A stretch of DNA of 32,000 bases from Sedimentisphaera cyanobacteriorum (GTDB taxonomy: Bacteria; Planctomycetota; Phycisphaerae; Sedimentisphaerales; Sedimentisphaeraceae), in contig NZ_CP019633.1 of assembly GCF_001997385.1 (NCBI RefSeq), positions 2,580,001 to 2,612,000 of the forward strand, read 5' to 3'. Position numbers and translations under genes: made by a program. Position 1 is the first letter of the stretch, and each line of letters starts with the position of its first letter. Under the pieces are notes generated by a model. It did no database searches. It was not told the DNA's origin and worked only from the letters and a program-made list of their open reading frames with translations. This document shows, in pieces, positions 1 to 9,700 of the stretch.

Positions 1-2
1 AT

Positions 3-260
3 TTATTCCTGCTTGATGTAAGAAGCGAGGGCGAATTCAATGAAGTTCGGATTCCCGGGGCAGTGAATATCCCGCTCGGAATGCTTCGCAAGAGGCTTGA
101 TGAAGTGCCCGAAGACAAAAACACGCAGATTGTTGTTTTCTGCAAGATTTCTTTGAGAGGATACGAAGCAGGGCTCATACTCGAAAACGCAGGCTGGAAG
201 GACATAAAAGTTCTCGACGGCGGCGTTGTAATGTGGCCTTTCGAAAAGATTACACCATAA
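3..260 (+). CDS. Rhodanese-like domain, C-terminal part of a gene that starts upstream of the window
   Basis: Frame 3 is open from base 3 (LFLLDVRSEGEFNEVRIPGAVNIPLG...) to TAA at 258-260. It has the active-site loop FCKISLRGY (CxxxxR) and a DVRxxxEF motif typical of rhodanese modules. Confidence 0.7.
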   Translation, partial: LFLLDVRSEGEFNEVRIPGAVNIPLGMLRKRLDEVPEDKNTQIVVFCKISLRGYEAGLILENAGWKDIKVLDGGVVMWPFEKITP

Positions 261-289
261 CACTAATTACCTATTACCACTCCTTGCAA

Positions 290-320
290 GGGGCGGCGCA
301 ATGCCGTCCCTTCTCTTGTT
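290..320 (+). terminator. Candidate rho-independent terminator between convergent genes
   Basis: Hairpin GGGGCGGC-GCAAT-GCCGTCCC (one mismatch in the stem) followed by TTCTCTTGTT. It lies 30 nt after the rhodanese stop. Confidence 0.5.
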
Positions 321-1419
321 ATGGCTGAACAGCTTTAAGCAGCTCGCTGTCTATGAGCCGGGCTGTTTTTGCCAGTTTGAATCTGCCGGCGTTTTCTATT
401 GCCTCTCGGGCGTTCCTTTCGCGAAAGGCTTTGTCTGTTATGAGGGTTTCAAGCCTTTCTGCTAAGTCTTCAGCGGTGCTTCCGTAGAGCAGCAGTTCGC
501 TTTTTTGGAATGTTTCGGGGTATGCGAGCCTGTTTGGAACCGCACAGGCGCAGCCCGCAGAGGAGGCCTCCAGAGCAGAAATCCCGAAGAACTCGTGATT
601 GGCAGTGGAAACGAATATATCGCTGTCTTTGAGCACACCCAGATATTCCCGCTTTGATTGTTTGAAGCCCCAATTCTCTATGATATCCGCAAATTCAGTT
701 TTTGCCTGTTCGAAAATCGAAGGCGAGTTTGCAAAGCTCTGCCCCAAAACGTTCAGCCTGAATTCGATTCCCTTCTCCTGCAGAATCCTTGCGGCAAGGA
801 AGAAGTCTTCGGGGTTTTTATCGTGTTCCCATCTGGCTGCCCAAGAGATTCTTGGCACATTGCGAAGCGGAATCCTGCTTTCTATTTCACCGCTTATTCC
901 GGGGTATGTGATTTGGGATTTTTCTCTTATTTGCTCGAGAATTTCGAGGCACTTGAAGTCCGGCATCTTCCTGAGAACTTTTTCCGATTCGCTGAGGAAG
1001 TCTTCCAGATGATACCCGGAATTGAACATCACCTTATCAGCTGCCAATGCGCTTGATAGGTTCGTTATTCCAAACTGAAAATCTCTCTTGTCTTCCACCT
1101 GATTGGGATAGGTAAACTGATTTTCGTGGAAATAGATAACAGAGGGCAGATTCGCTGCCTTACAAATTCCCTTGAGCTCTGAGAGGTTGAGCATATCCGA
1201 GCAGAAGATTGCATCAAATTTCTGTCCTTTGGATTTCAGCTCATCTATTCTTCCCGCCATCTCAAATGCGCTTGCCCGCATACGCCATTTCCACTTCCTT
1301 GCGGGCATAGTCAGCAGATGACTGCTGTGCCGGCTGTTTTCGCAGAAGCCCTCGAGAAATTCCTTGTGGCTTCCGTCGAAGTAGGGCTCTATGATAAGTA
1401 TGTTCAGCTTTTCATCCAT
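319..1419 (-). CDS. Glycosyltransferase with DUF3524 N-terminal domain, similar to GTDC1 (tRNA-queuosine mannosyltransferase)
   Basis: 366-aa ORF. Motifs recalled from eukaryotic GTDC1: ILIIEPYFDGSHKEF, PARKWKWRMR, YFHENQFTYP, RDFQFG, RWEHDKNPEDFF, HEFFGISALEA. Confidence 0.75.
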   Translation of the reverse strand: MDEKLNILIIEPYFDGSHKEFLEGFCENSRHSSHLLTMPARKWKWRMRASAFEMAGRIDELKSKGQKFDAIFCSDMLNLSELKGICKAANLPSVIYFHENQFTYPNQVEDKRDFQFGITNLSSALAADKVMFNSGYHLEDFLSESEKVLRKMPDFKCLEILEQIREKSQITYPGISGEIESRIPLRNVPRISWAARWEHDKNPEDFFLAARILQEKGIEFRLNVLGQSFANSPSIFEQAKTEFADIIENWGFKQSKREYLGVLKDSDIFVSTANHEFFGISALEASSAGCACAVPNRLAYPETFQKSELLLYGSTAEDLAERLETLITDKAFRERNAREAIENAGRFKLAKTARLIDSELLKAVQP

Positions 1420-1429
1420 TCGGGCTGTT

Positions 1430-2365
1430 TCACGAAAACAGGATTGTATGTTTGCCGCTTTTCTTGGCCTTCATAAGGGCGCTGTCTGCTGATTCGAGCA
1501 GTTTGTCAAGCTCCCTGCCTCCCTCGGGATACGCGGACATCCCGCCGCTGAGAGTGAGCCGGCCGCGTGAAGTTTCCACCTCCACCACGTTTTTGCTGAT
1601 TCGCTTTGAAATCTCAGAGCTTTTCACTGGATGTTTGTAGTAATGCCGTCTTTCCTCGTCTTCGGTTTCGAGGGATTCATTTTTGATTTCGAAATCCCAG
1701 ATCATAACCGCAAACTCATCTCCGCCAATCCTTGCGAGCAAATCGTGGGGACGGAATGAATTTCTCAGTGCGCCGGATGTGTCTTTTATAATCTGATCAC
1801 CTGCAAAATGGCCGTATTGGTCGTTGTACTTTTTGAAGTTGTCTATATCGAAAAGGAACACAGAAACAGCTATCTCGCAGCATTCACCAAGCCTTAAAAT
1901 CTGATTTCCCGATTCTATGAAAAACCGCCTTCTGTTAAGGCCGGTGAGCTCGTCGCAGTAGGCAATTCTGCTGAGCTTGCGGATTCGAGCTTCGTATGAA
2001 TTTGACTCCACTGAATCAAGCTTGCCGTTTTCGCATATTTGGCTGAATTCGGATTCTGTAAGAGGCAGCGTGCAGTAACTGCTGCAAATGCCCTTGTCCA
2101 CTACCCTCTGCATTATCGGCTCGAAGATGGTTTCGCCGAGAAGACAGATTGAAGCATCAGGGAAGTTTTTTGCTGTTTCTGCAAGTTTGGTAAAGCCGAA
2201 ATCAGCCGCAGAATCGAGAATGAAAAAAATCTTTGCCCAAGGTTTTGTCTGGCTTTGCAGGCTTTCCGGGCTTTCAGAAACTGCAAGGTTTTCGGCAATA
2301 TTCTCCGGCAGTCCCCAGCATCTGCCTCTCGGGGCAGCTATGAGTATATCTTTTCCCGTTTTCAT
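1430..2365 (-). CDS. Diguanylate cyclase (GGDEF) with degenerate receiver-like N-terminal domain
   Basis: 311-aa ORF with DELTGLNRRRF, an intact GGDEF motif (RIGGDEFAV) and RPHD five residues upstream (I-site RxxD). Its start overlaps the NUDIX stop (ATGA). Confidence 0.85.
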   Translation of the reverse strand: MKTGKDILIAAPRGRCWGLPENIAENLAVSESPESLQSQTKPWAKIFFILDSAADFGFTKLAETAKNFPDASICLLGETIFEPIMQRVVDKGICSSYCTLPLTESEFSQICENGKLDSVESNSYEARIRKLSRIAYCDELTGLNRRRFFIESGNQILRLGECCEIAVSVFLFDIDNFKKYNDQYGHFAGDQIIKDTSGALRNSFRPHDLLARIGGDEFAVMIWDFEIKNESLETEDEERRHYYKHPVKSSEISKRISKNVVEVETSRGRLTLSGGMSAYPEGGRELDKLLESADSALMKAKKSGKHTILFS

Positions 2366-2832
2366 AATAGCCGCTTCTCCAGTTCGGGCAGGCTCTCAAG
2401 GGCTGTTTTCACGATCATATCGTGGTCGAATGCGAAATCCAGCTCGCCTGTCTTTTCTGCCGGAATCCACTGAGCCTCTGCCGCATCGTCTGCACCCTGC
2501 ACCTCAGGTCTGCCCGCTTTAATCAAGGCGATATAGCATATTGTTATCGTTCTGCCTCTGGGGTCTCTGCCGGGACGGCCAAATACGCCAAACTGCTCTG
2601 CGGTTTTCAGCTTGAGCCCTGTTTCCTCTTCAAGCTCCCTTAGAGCCCCGTCAAGCAGGTCTTCATCCATCTCGAGAAATCCGCCCGGAACTGCCCATTT
2701 GTCCTTGAAAGGGGCTTTGCCGCGCCTAACCAGAAGCACGCTCAGCTCGCCATTGCAATCGGAGAATACAAGCGTATCCACTGTTACCATAGGCCTCGGC
2801 CATTTGTATGTATATTCTCCCATCTCTGCCAT
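2362..2832 (-). CDS. NUDIX hydrolase
   Basis: Nudix box GGFLEMDEDLLDGALRELEEETGL (Gx5Ex7REUxEExGU). I chose the start at MAEMGEY (ATG at 2832-2830), because the longer 264-aa ORF overlaps the peptidase gene and its extension is Arg-rich and looks non-coding. Confidence 0.8.
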   Translation of the reverse strand: MAEMGEYTYKWPRPMVTVDTLVFSDCNGELSVLLVRRGKAPFKDKWAVPGGFLEMDEDLLDGALRELEEETGLKLKTAEQFGVFGRPGRDPRGRTITICYIALIKAGRPEVQGADDAAEAQWIPAEKTGELDFAFDHDMIVKTALESLPELEKRLL

Positions 2833-2852
2833 TTGGCTGCCTTTCCCTTGAG

Positions 2853-2880
2853 GCGGGGCTTTTGCAATGGAAAGCCCCGC
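2853..2880. other. Intercistronic stem-loop between the peptidase and NUDIX genes
   Basis: 10-bp perfect stem GCGGGGCTTT / AAAGCCCCGC with an 8-nt loop. No clear U-tract on the minus strand, so function as a terminator, attenuator or processing site is unknown. Confidence 0.35.
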
Positions 2881-2906
2881 AGTTTCGCAGATTAAGCTAA
2901 TGCCTG

Positions 2907-3965
2907 CTACAGTCTGTAGTCTCTCTGAGCGGGGTGTTCTGCGAGAAATTCTGTAACCAGCTTTATAACGTTTTCGATGTCGCTCAGCGAAACGATTTCT
3001 ACTGGCGTATGCATATACCGGTTTGGTATGCCGATAAGCCCCGTTGCCACGCTCCCGCGGTTTACCTGAATAGCGTTTGCGTCTGTACCGGTAGCCCTGG
3101 GGGCGCTTGTAACCTGATACTTTATATCGTGTTTCTTTGCAGTTTCGAAGAGGCATTTGTTCAGGATAGGGTTCATATTCGGCCCTCTCTGGATATTCGG
3201 GCCTTCTCCGAGCTTCAGCTCGCCGAGTTTTTTCTTATCTGTTTCGGGGTGGTCTGAGGAGAAGTTTACATCAAATGCGATGCCCGCATCGGGGTTCACA
3301 GAAAACGCAGAGGTTCTCGCCCCGCGTATACCGAGCTCTTCTTGCACAGTTGCCACGCCTGCAACGCAGATATTGAGGTCTCTGTCTGCAAGCTCGCGCA
3401 TTATCTCTGCCACTGTAAACGCACCCGCCTTGTCATCAGTTCCGCGTGAGGTGATTCTGTCTTCTGTGAGCTCTCTGCAGTTTACATCGACTACCATCGG
3501 ATCGCCCACGCTCACGAGTTTCTTAGCCTCTTCTTTGCCGGATGCACCGATATCAACCCAGATATTCTCCATCTCAACATTTTTCTTGCGCTCATCGGGC
3601 TTCATCTGGTGAATCGCTTTTCTTCCGATAACCCCGGGAACCTCGCCGCTGTCGGTGAGTATTCTAACCCTCTGGCCTACAAGCAGAGCAGGGTCCATCC
3701 CGCCAACCTGTCCTGTATAAAGGAAGCCGTCGTCGTCGATATATGTTATCATCAGGCCTATCTCGTCGATATGGCCTGCCAGCATAAACTTGAAATCCGC
3801 TTCAGGATTAAGCACTGCAATGCTGTTGCCGTGTGAATCTGAGCTTATGTTTTCAACCTTCTCGCCAACCCTGCTTCGCCATACCTTCGCTGCCGGCAGC
3901 TCAGAACCGGAAGGGCTTGGGGTATTCAGAAGTTCTTTGAAGAAGTCGAGTCTTTGTTTGTCCAT
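2907..3965 (-). CDS. M42 family metallopeptidase (glutamyl aminopeptidase / FrvX-like)
   Basis: 352-aa ORF with N-terminal LLNTPSPSGSE, AGHIDEIGLMI, TSRGTDDKAG and VATVQEELGIRGA, typical of the M42 family. Confidence 0.85.
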   Translation of the reverse strand: MDKQRLDFFKELLNTPSPSGSELPAAKVWRSRVGEKVENISSDSHGNSIAVLNPEADFKFMLAGHIDEIGLMITYIDDDGFLYTGQVGGMDPALLVGQRVRILTDSGEVPGVIGRKAIHQMKPDERKKNVEMENIWVDIGASGKEEAKKLVSVGDPMVVDVNCRELTEDRITSRGTDDKAGAFTVAEIMRELADRDLNICVAGVATVQEELGIRGARTSAFSVNPDAGIAFDVNFSSDHPETDKKKLGELKLGEGPNIQRGPNMNPILNKCLFETAKKHDIKYQVTSAPRATGTDANAIQVNRGSVATGLIGIPNRYMHTPVEIVSLSDIENVIKLVTEFLAEHPAQRDYRL

Positions 3966-4233
3966 AAAGATATCTCCTTATTAAAATATAGAATAAAGTA
4001 ATTAATATAACGCAATCTCAGCAAGTGTAAAGCTTTTATAACGACCAGCAGGGCGGTTAAACTGCCTAAATCGGTCAGCGGGCTTTAAAAAACAAAAAAA
4101 ATGTAAAAATTTCTTCCAGCCCTGCATTTAATGATTAAAGAAGACGGCATTTGCAGATATATATCCTGTAATTGACGGTAAAGGGAGGCTGTTTTAAGCC
4201 TTGGTGATATTTTAAAAAATCTTGGGAGAAAAA

Positions 4234-5661
4234 ATGGACAGAAGAAATTTTTTGAGATCAGGCTGTGCCCTAATGGCAGGGAGTATGCTTTTGCCGGAAA
4301 GGCTTTTGGCAAAAGAAGAGGAAAAACCAAATATAGTTATACTTCTTGCTGACGATTTGGGCTGGAACGACGTTAGCTATCACGGCAGTGAGATAAGAAC
4401 GCCTAATATAGACCGAATCGTGAAAGAGGGCGTGGAGCTGGAGCGTTATTATGTTTGTCCGGTATGCTCGCCAACCCGAGCAACGCTTCTCAGCGGCCGG
4501 CACCCGCTTCGCTACGGAATGCAGGACGGCGTTTGCACCCCGCTTACTACTCACGGCCTCCCGCCAAAGGAGATAACCATCGCAGAAATGCTCGGCAGTG
4601 TTGGCTATAAGAACCGCGCCTGCCTCGGAAAATGGCATCTGGGGCTCAATTCCCAGAAGTTTGATCCGATCAGCCAAGGCTTCACCTACTTCTACGGGCA
4701 TTACAACGGAGCTCTGGACTACTTTACACACAAAAGATACGGCCAGCTCGACTGGCACAGAAACCGCGAGGCCTGCGTTGACGGAGGCTACAGCACCGAT
4801 CTTCTCGGCCTTGAAGCAGTGAATTTCATAAACAAACATTCTGATGACTCGCCATTCCTGCTGTATGTGGCGTTCAATGCGCCTCACGGCCCTATGCAGG
4901 CAAAAAGAGAAGACCTTGAAGAATACGGCTTCGATCATGACAAGGGCATTATAAAGCACTCAAGCAAGAATAGAGGCAAAAGAGAAATGCAGCCGGAATA
5001 CGGCTTGAAGGGACGCGGGAACACAGTCCGCCAAACTTACAGCGCAATGGTTGACTCTATGGACGACCAGATAGGAAAAATCCTCGAAGCCATCGATAAG
5101 AATAAAATCAGCAAGAATACGATTGTCCTGTTCCAAAGCGACAATGGAGGCATTGCTCATTTCGGCGGGAGCAACAAACCGCTCAGGGGCGGGAAGTTTA
5201 CTCTTTGGGAAGGAGGCGTCCGCGTGCCGGCGGCGATCCGCTGGCCTAAGAAACTCCCCAGCGGGGTTAAGCAGAACGCTGTTACCGGAGCTGTGGATAT
5301 ACTGCCAACCGTTGCTGAAATCACCGGCGCCAAGAAGCCCGAAGCCCAGCTCGACGGAAGGAGCATTTGGCCTGTGCTGAAAGGCGAGGAAAAACCAGAT
5401 CCCGAAAGGAAGCTGTATCTGGGCGACAGCTCTGCGGTTATGCAGCGCTGGAAGATAAACAAAGGCAGACTCTTCGACCTCAGCAAAGACCCTTACGAGA
5501 AGAATAATATTGCCGATAAGCGGCCTGATATCGTTAAAAAGCTCAATGATTTTATAGAGAAGGTTGAATCCAAAGCGGGCGAAAAATGCAGTCTCGGCCC
5601 CGAAAAGAAAGGCGAGTTCGTTCCGCCGAAAGACTGGAATCTCGGTCTTCTGGATAAATAG
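4234..5661 (+). CDS. Arylsulfatase-type sulfatase (Cys-type formylglycine motif) with twin-arginine-like signal
   Basis: CSPTRATLLSGR (C-x-P-x-R), LLADDLGWNDVSYHG and GKWHLG. N-terminal MDRRNFLRSG... I prefer ATG 4234 with GGGAG 5 nt upstream; the track start at 4222 is TTG. Confidence 0.9.
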   Translation: MDRRNFLRSGCALMAGSMLLPERLLAKEEEKPNIVILLADDLGWNDVSYHGSEIRTPNIDRIVKEGVELERYYVCPVCSPTRATLLSGRHPLRYGMQDGVCTPLTTHGLPPKEITIAEMLGSVGYKNRACLGKWHLGLNSQKFDPISQGFTYFYGHYNGALDYFTHKRYGQLDWHRNREACVDGGYSTDLLGLEAVNFINKHSDDSPFLLYVAFNAPHGPMQAKREDLEEYGFDHDKGIIKHSSKNRGKREMQPEYGLKGRGNTVRQTYSAMVDSMDDQIGKILEAIDKNKISKNTIVLFQSDNGGIAHFGGSNKPLRGGKFTLWEGGVRVPAAIRWPKKLPSGVKQNAVTGAVDILPTVAEITGAKKPEAQLDGRSIWPVLKGEEKPDPERKLYLGDSSAVMQRWKINKGRLFDLSKDPYEKNNIADKRPDIVKKLNDFIEKVESKAGEKCSLGPEKKGEFVPPKDWNLGLLDK

Positions 5662-6237
5662 CAGCCAGCAGGCGGCTTCGATAAAATTATTGCACATATT
5701 CAATGTTTGTTTTGCGGCGAGGCCCTCGAAGATTTGTATCTTAAAATCAAGCTGACAACAGTTTCTTCAGCAAGAGGCAATCGGCTCTTGTCAAATGGAA
5801 ATGTAAAGCGTTTTCAGAAATAATTAAAAATCTTCGCGGGCCTCTTAAGCTTATTGGTTTGTAAAATGCAGAGGCGAACCAGAGCGGGCGTTTCATTCTT
5901 GGCAGCGAGTTTAAAGAAGATACCTGACCCTTTGAATTCTCACACCCCTTCAATCTAAAATCATCAGCGAAAATAAGTTTGGATTATCGTTTAGAAATAC
6001 GAAAAATTTTACAATTATTCAAATATGATTAGGGTTTTCAGCAGACGCTCAGGGCAAACGGCTGCAGGTGATTCTAACAGAGTAAGCAATAAAACTAATT
6101 GCAAAGTTTATTCACTTCCGGGCTTGACGGCTGAAAAGGTTGTGTTAAAGTTAAAAACCTGTTGCCTTATAAAGGCTTTCTTTTATAATTTCGATACTTT
6201 ACTCGACAGCGAAATATTGTATAAATAAGGTAGTATT

Positions 6238-6669
6238 ATGCGTAATTTATGGGTTTTAGCAGCGGCCGATCCGGCCTCTGGCGAGAACACAGTAACAATG
6301 GAGCAGGCTGACGGTTCAGCCAGCACAAATTCAACGGTAGAAAGCACAAGTAAAACCGGTGCTGAAGGAACAGGTGAGCAGCAGGCCCCTCAGGGGATGC
6401 CTCCCGGACAGATTCTTCTGCTTGTTGGTCTTCTTGTAATGATGTATTTTGTTCTTTTTCACGGCCCGCGCAAGCAGCAGAAAAAGCAGCAGCAAATGCG
6501 TGATTCGCTGAACAAGAATGACAGAGTGGTTACTATCGGCGGTATCTACGGGACTATCCTGGAGATAAAAGACGGTATGGTTACTCTGAAGGTCGATGAA
6601 TCGACTAATGCGAAGGTAAAAATGAAGCTCACCGCTATTGCAGGCAAGGCAGAAGAGAAGCAGGCCTGA
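6238..6669 (+). CDS. yajC: Preprotein translocase subunit YajC with a ~55-aa low-complexity N-terminal extension
   Basis: A TM helix followed by LFHGPRKQQKKQQQM and DRVVTIGGIYGTILEIKDGMVTLKV. It sits directly upstream of secDF, as in the conserved yajC-secD-secF operon. AAGG lies upstream of ATG 6238. Confidence 0.8.
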   Translation: MRNLWVLAAADPASGENTVTMEQADGSASTNSTVESTSKTGAEGTGEQQAPQGMPPGQILLLVGLLVMMYFVLFHGPRKQQKKQQQMRDSLNKNDRVVTIGGIYGTILEIKDGMVTLKVDESTNAKVKMKLTAIAGKAEEKQA

Positions 6670-6725
6670 TTATCACAGCGGAGAGTTGATATATTTAGTG
6701 TAAAGACATTGTCAGGAAAATAGCG

Positions 6726-9700
6726 ATGGAGAAAAAACAGCACTGGAAAGGTGTTTTAATCTTAGTTCTTGTAGTTTTTGCGGGGCTTTCCCTATGGCCT
6801 CCGCAGAGTAAGCTCAAGCCCGGGCTCGATTTGGCCGGCGGTGCAAGTCTGATTTACAGTATCGACACCGAAGGTATGAGCGATTCTGAAACCGATGGAC
6901 TGGCCGCAAAGGTAATTCCGGTTATCAAGAAACGTTTAGACCCGGACGGGCTTTCGAATATTGTTATACGCCCGCAGGGCGACACGAGATTCGAAATTCA
7001 GCTTCCCCTCGCAAGCGAGGAAACTCAGAAGCTCAGGGAGAAATACCAGAAGGCTTACGATGCCCTCGCAGATACCAACATAAATCTTGCGGTGGTTATC
7101 AACTCTCTGTCTCTGCCTGAGAAGGACCGTCAGGAGAAGTTCAAGGAATTTGCGAAGTCTGAATCACACAGAGACTTGCTGAGCACCCTTGCTTCAATAT
7201 ACGATAAGCGTGAAAGGCTTCGGGATAAGAGAGATTCGGCGAAAGAAGCGATGGAGAATGCCAAGTCTTCCATGGAAGATCTCGGCATGCGCACAACAGG
7301 CCTTCAGTATCAGTATGAAAACTGGTCTGAGAAAGAGGGCGAACAGCTTACAGAAGCGCTTAACTCGTATGTAGAAAAAACTGCAAAGGAAGGCGAGGAG
7401 CCCGAAAATGCGCAGAAGAAAGTTTCCCTGCTGAAAGACTATATCCAAAGCAGGAACGAGTATGTGCAGGTGGTTGATGAGCTTGCAGGTGAAGTGGCGG
7501 ATAAATACAAAGACGCCCTCAACGACATTTCAAAACTCAACATCAGCCTTGAGGCCTTCACCGAGATGCTCGGCTCTGCCGGCAGGCAGGAATACCTTGC
7601 AGAGACCAAAAACAAATTCCCCGACAGAATCGAGGAAATTGAAAACTTCGTTTCCGCTTACGATGCGTATGCAGGCGTTCGCGGAAGGCTCGACGACCCT
7701 GAAGACGTTAAGCGTATGCTAAAGGGAGCGGGCGTTCTGGAATTCAGGATTATACCGAGAGCCGCTTCAGGAGACATCAGCAGCGAGGAAGCTCAGAACT
7801 ACATCCAGCAGCTCAAAACCAAAGGACCGAAGCTCGCATCAGATTCTGATTATGTATGGTGCGAGGTGGACGACCCGCACGGAAAAGGCTTCCCGGGATC
7901 TGTAACAGGTGAGTTTGCAGGCAAGAAATACGTTCTTGCAAGCAATAAAGATGGTGAAGTGCTGCTGAATAATCAGGACGGGAAAGACTGGAAGCTCGCA
8001 AAGGCAAGGCGTGAGACCGATCAGGCCGGAAGAAGGGCGATAGGCTTCCAGATGAACGAAATCGGCGCTAATATGTTCTACGAGCTCACCGATTCAAACC
8101 TGAACCGTCAGCTCGGCGTTCTTCTGGACGGCAAACTTCTCAGCAGCGCAACAATACAGGCTGCGATAGGCAAGCGGGGTATCATTACAGGAAACTTCTC
8201 GCAGGTCGAGCAGGCCGATATGGTGAACAAGCTAAATGCCGGCTCTCTGCCTGCAAGGATAAGCCCTGCACCAATCTCAGAGAAGACTATCGGAGCTACA
8301 ATAGGCGAGGACAACCGCGATCAGGGAATAACTGCCGGAATTATCGGTCTGGTAGTGGTGATGATCTTTATGCTGATCTACTACACCCTAAGCGGCTCGA
8401 TTGCAGATATAGCGCTTCTGCTGAATATGCTGTTTATACTCGGCGTGATGGCGTTTTCCGGCGCTACATTCACCCTCCCTGGAATTGCAGGTTTGATTCT
8501 TACAATAGGTATGGCAGTTGATGCAAACGTGCTGATATTCGAGCGTATCCGAGAGGAGCAGGAATCAGGCGCAACTCTCAAAACAGCGATAAAATCCGGC
8601 TACGGCAAGGCCTTCTGGACAATATTCGATGCGAACCTTACAACCTTCATCACAGCCTTCATTCTCTACAGAGTGGCTTCCGAGGAGATCAAGGGCTTCG
8701 CAATAGTTCTTATGATTGGTATTGTCTCGAGTATGTTTACAGCCTTGTTCTTTTCAAGGACAGTTTTCCAATGGCTGATCGGTGCCGGTTTGGTTAAAGA
8801 TAAGCTCGTTATGCTCAAAATGATCCGCAGGCCGAATGTGCAGTGGATGAATATGCGTTTCGGCTTCTTCGCTGTTTCCGGCGTGGTTGTTGCTACTGGG
8901 CTGTTTATCTTTTTCGCTCGCGGCAGCGATAAATACGACATCGAATTCACCGGCGGTACAAGCGTTCAGGTGAACTTCAAGGAAAACGTTTCTTATGAGC
9001 GCGATGAAGTTGAGAAGAAGATTAAAGAAGCCGGTCTTGAGTCGGCAGAGGTTTACAGCGTAGGCGATAACAACCAGAGCTACGAAATAAATACAACCGA
9101 GACTAACAAGAGCAGGGTGGATGTTAATTTTGAAGGCCAGGCTCCATCGAAAGAGAAGGCTTTACAGCTGCTTAACACAAATTCAAGCGATTATGTTAAG
9201 CATATAGAGGTTAGCAAAAGCGGCAGCACCCTCGAAGTTTCTACCAGCCAGCTTGCAAAATCTGAAATGCGTGATCTGCTTTCTCAGGCTTTCAGTAATT
9301 ATGAGTATAACCTCGGCGAGCTGAAGGTAGATGAGGTGGTAAACAACGCTATAATCGAGGCCTTCGGCGAGGAGCTCGAAAGACGCATGGCACTCGGCCT
9401 GGAAGCTGAAGAGCCTGTGGTGATTGATGATAAGGTGGCAGATAAGAAACCTGTTCTGCTCAATTATATTGGCGGAGTCTATATCAACTGCACCATAGAT
9501 AATCCAGCCGAAGCCGGCCAAATAGAGGCAAGACTAAACGATCTTCGCTTCAAGCCGGATATGAGAGACCTTACATGGTTTAAGTTCCATATTTTGAGCG
9601 AGAACGGCGAGAAGCTCGATGAAAACCAGAAGGTAAGCGAGTTTAAGTATGTGGCACTTCATCCAGATGCGGGCTCAAGAGAGCTCTCTGAGGACGAGAT

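Noticed and set aside
599-1056. Plus-strand ORFs of 137 and 132 aa inside the glycosyltransferase gene.
   Set aside because: They are antisense to a gene with strong family motifs, and their sequences are low-complexity Ser/Leu/Arg-rich. They are typical shadow ORFs.
2833-3156. N-terminal 108 aa of the 264-aa ORF 2362-3156, which would extend the NUDIX gene.
   Set aside because: The extension is Arg/Tyr/Lys-rich with no fold-like pattern and overlaps the 3' end of the well-supported M42 peptidase gene. The NUDIX homology begins at MAEMGEY (ATG 2832).
4270-5703. Minus-strand ORFs of 229 and 247 aa opposite the sulfatase gene.
   Set aside because: They are shadow ORFs antisense to a gene with an unambiguous sulfatase signature, with no recognisable motifs or start context.
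5662-6237. 575-bp gap upstream of yajC, containing a 68-aa minus ORF and a 67-aa plus ORF, considered as a hidden gene or RNA.
   Set aside because: Neither ORF has a recognisable motif or RBS. I could not match the region to any tRNA, riboswitch or known ncRNA signature. It is most simply a promoter/leader region, though an Rfam scan would be worthwhile.
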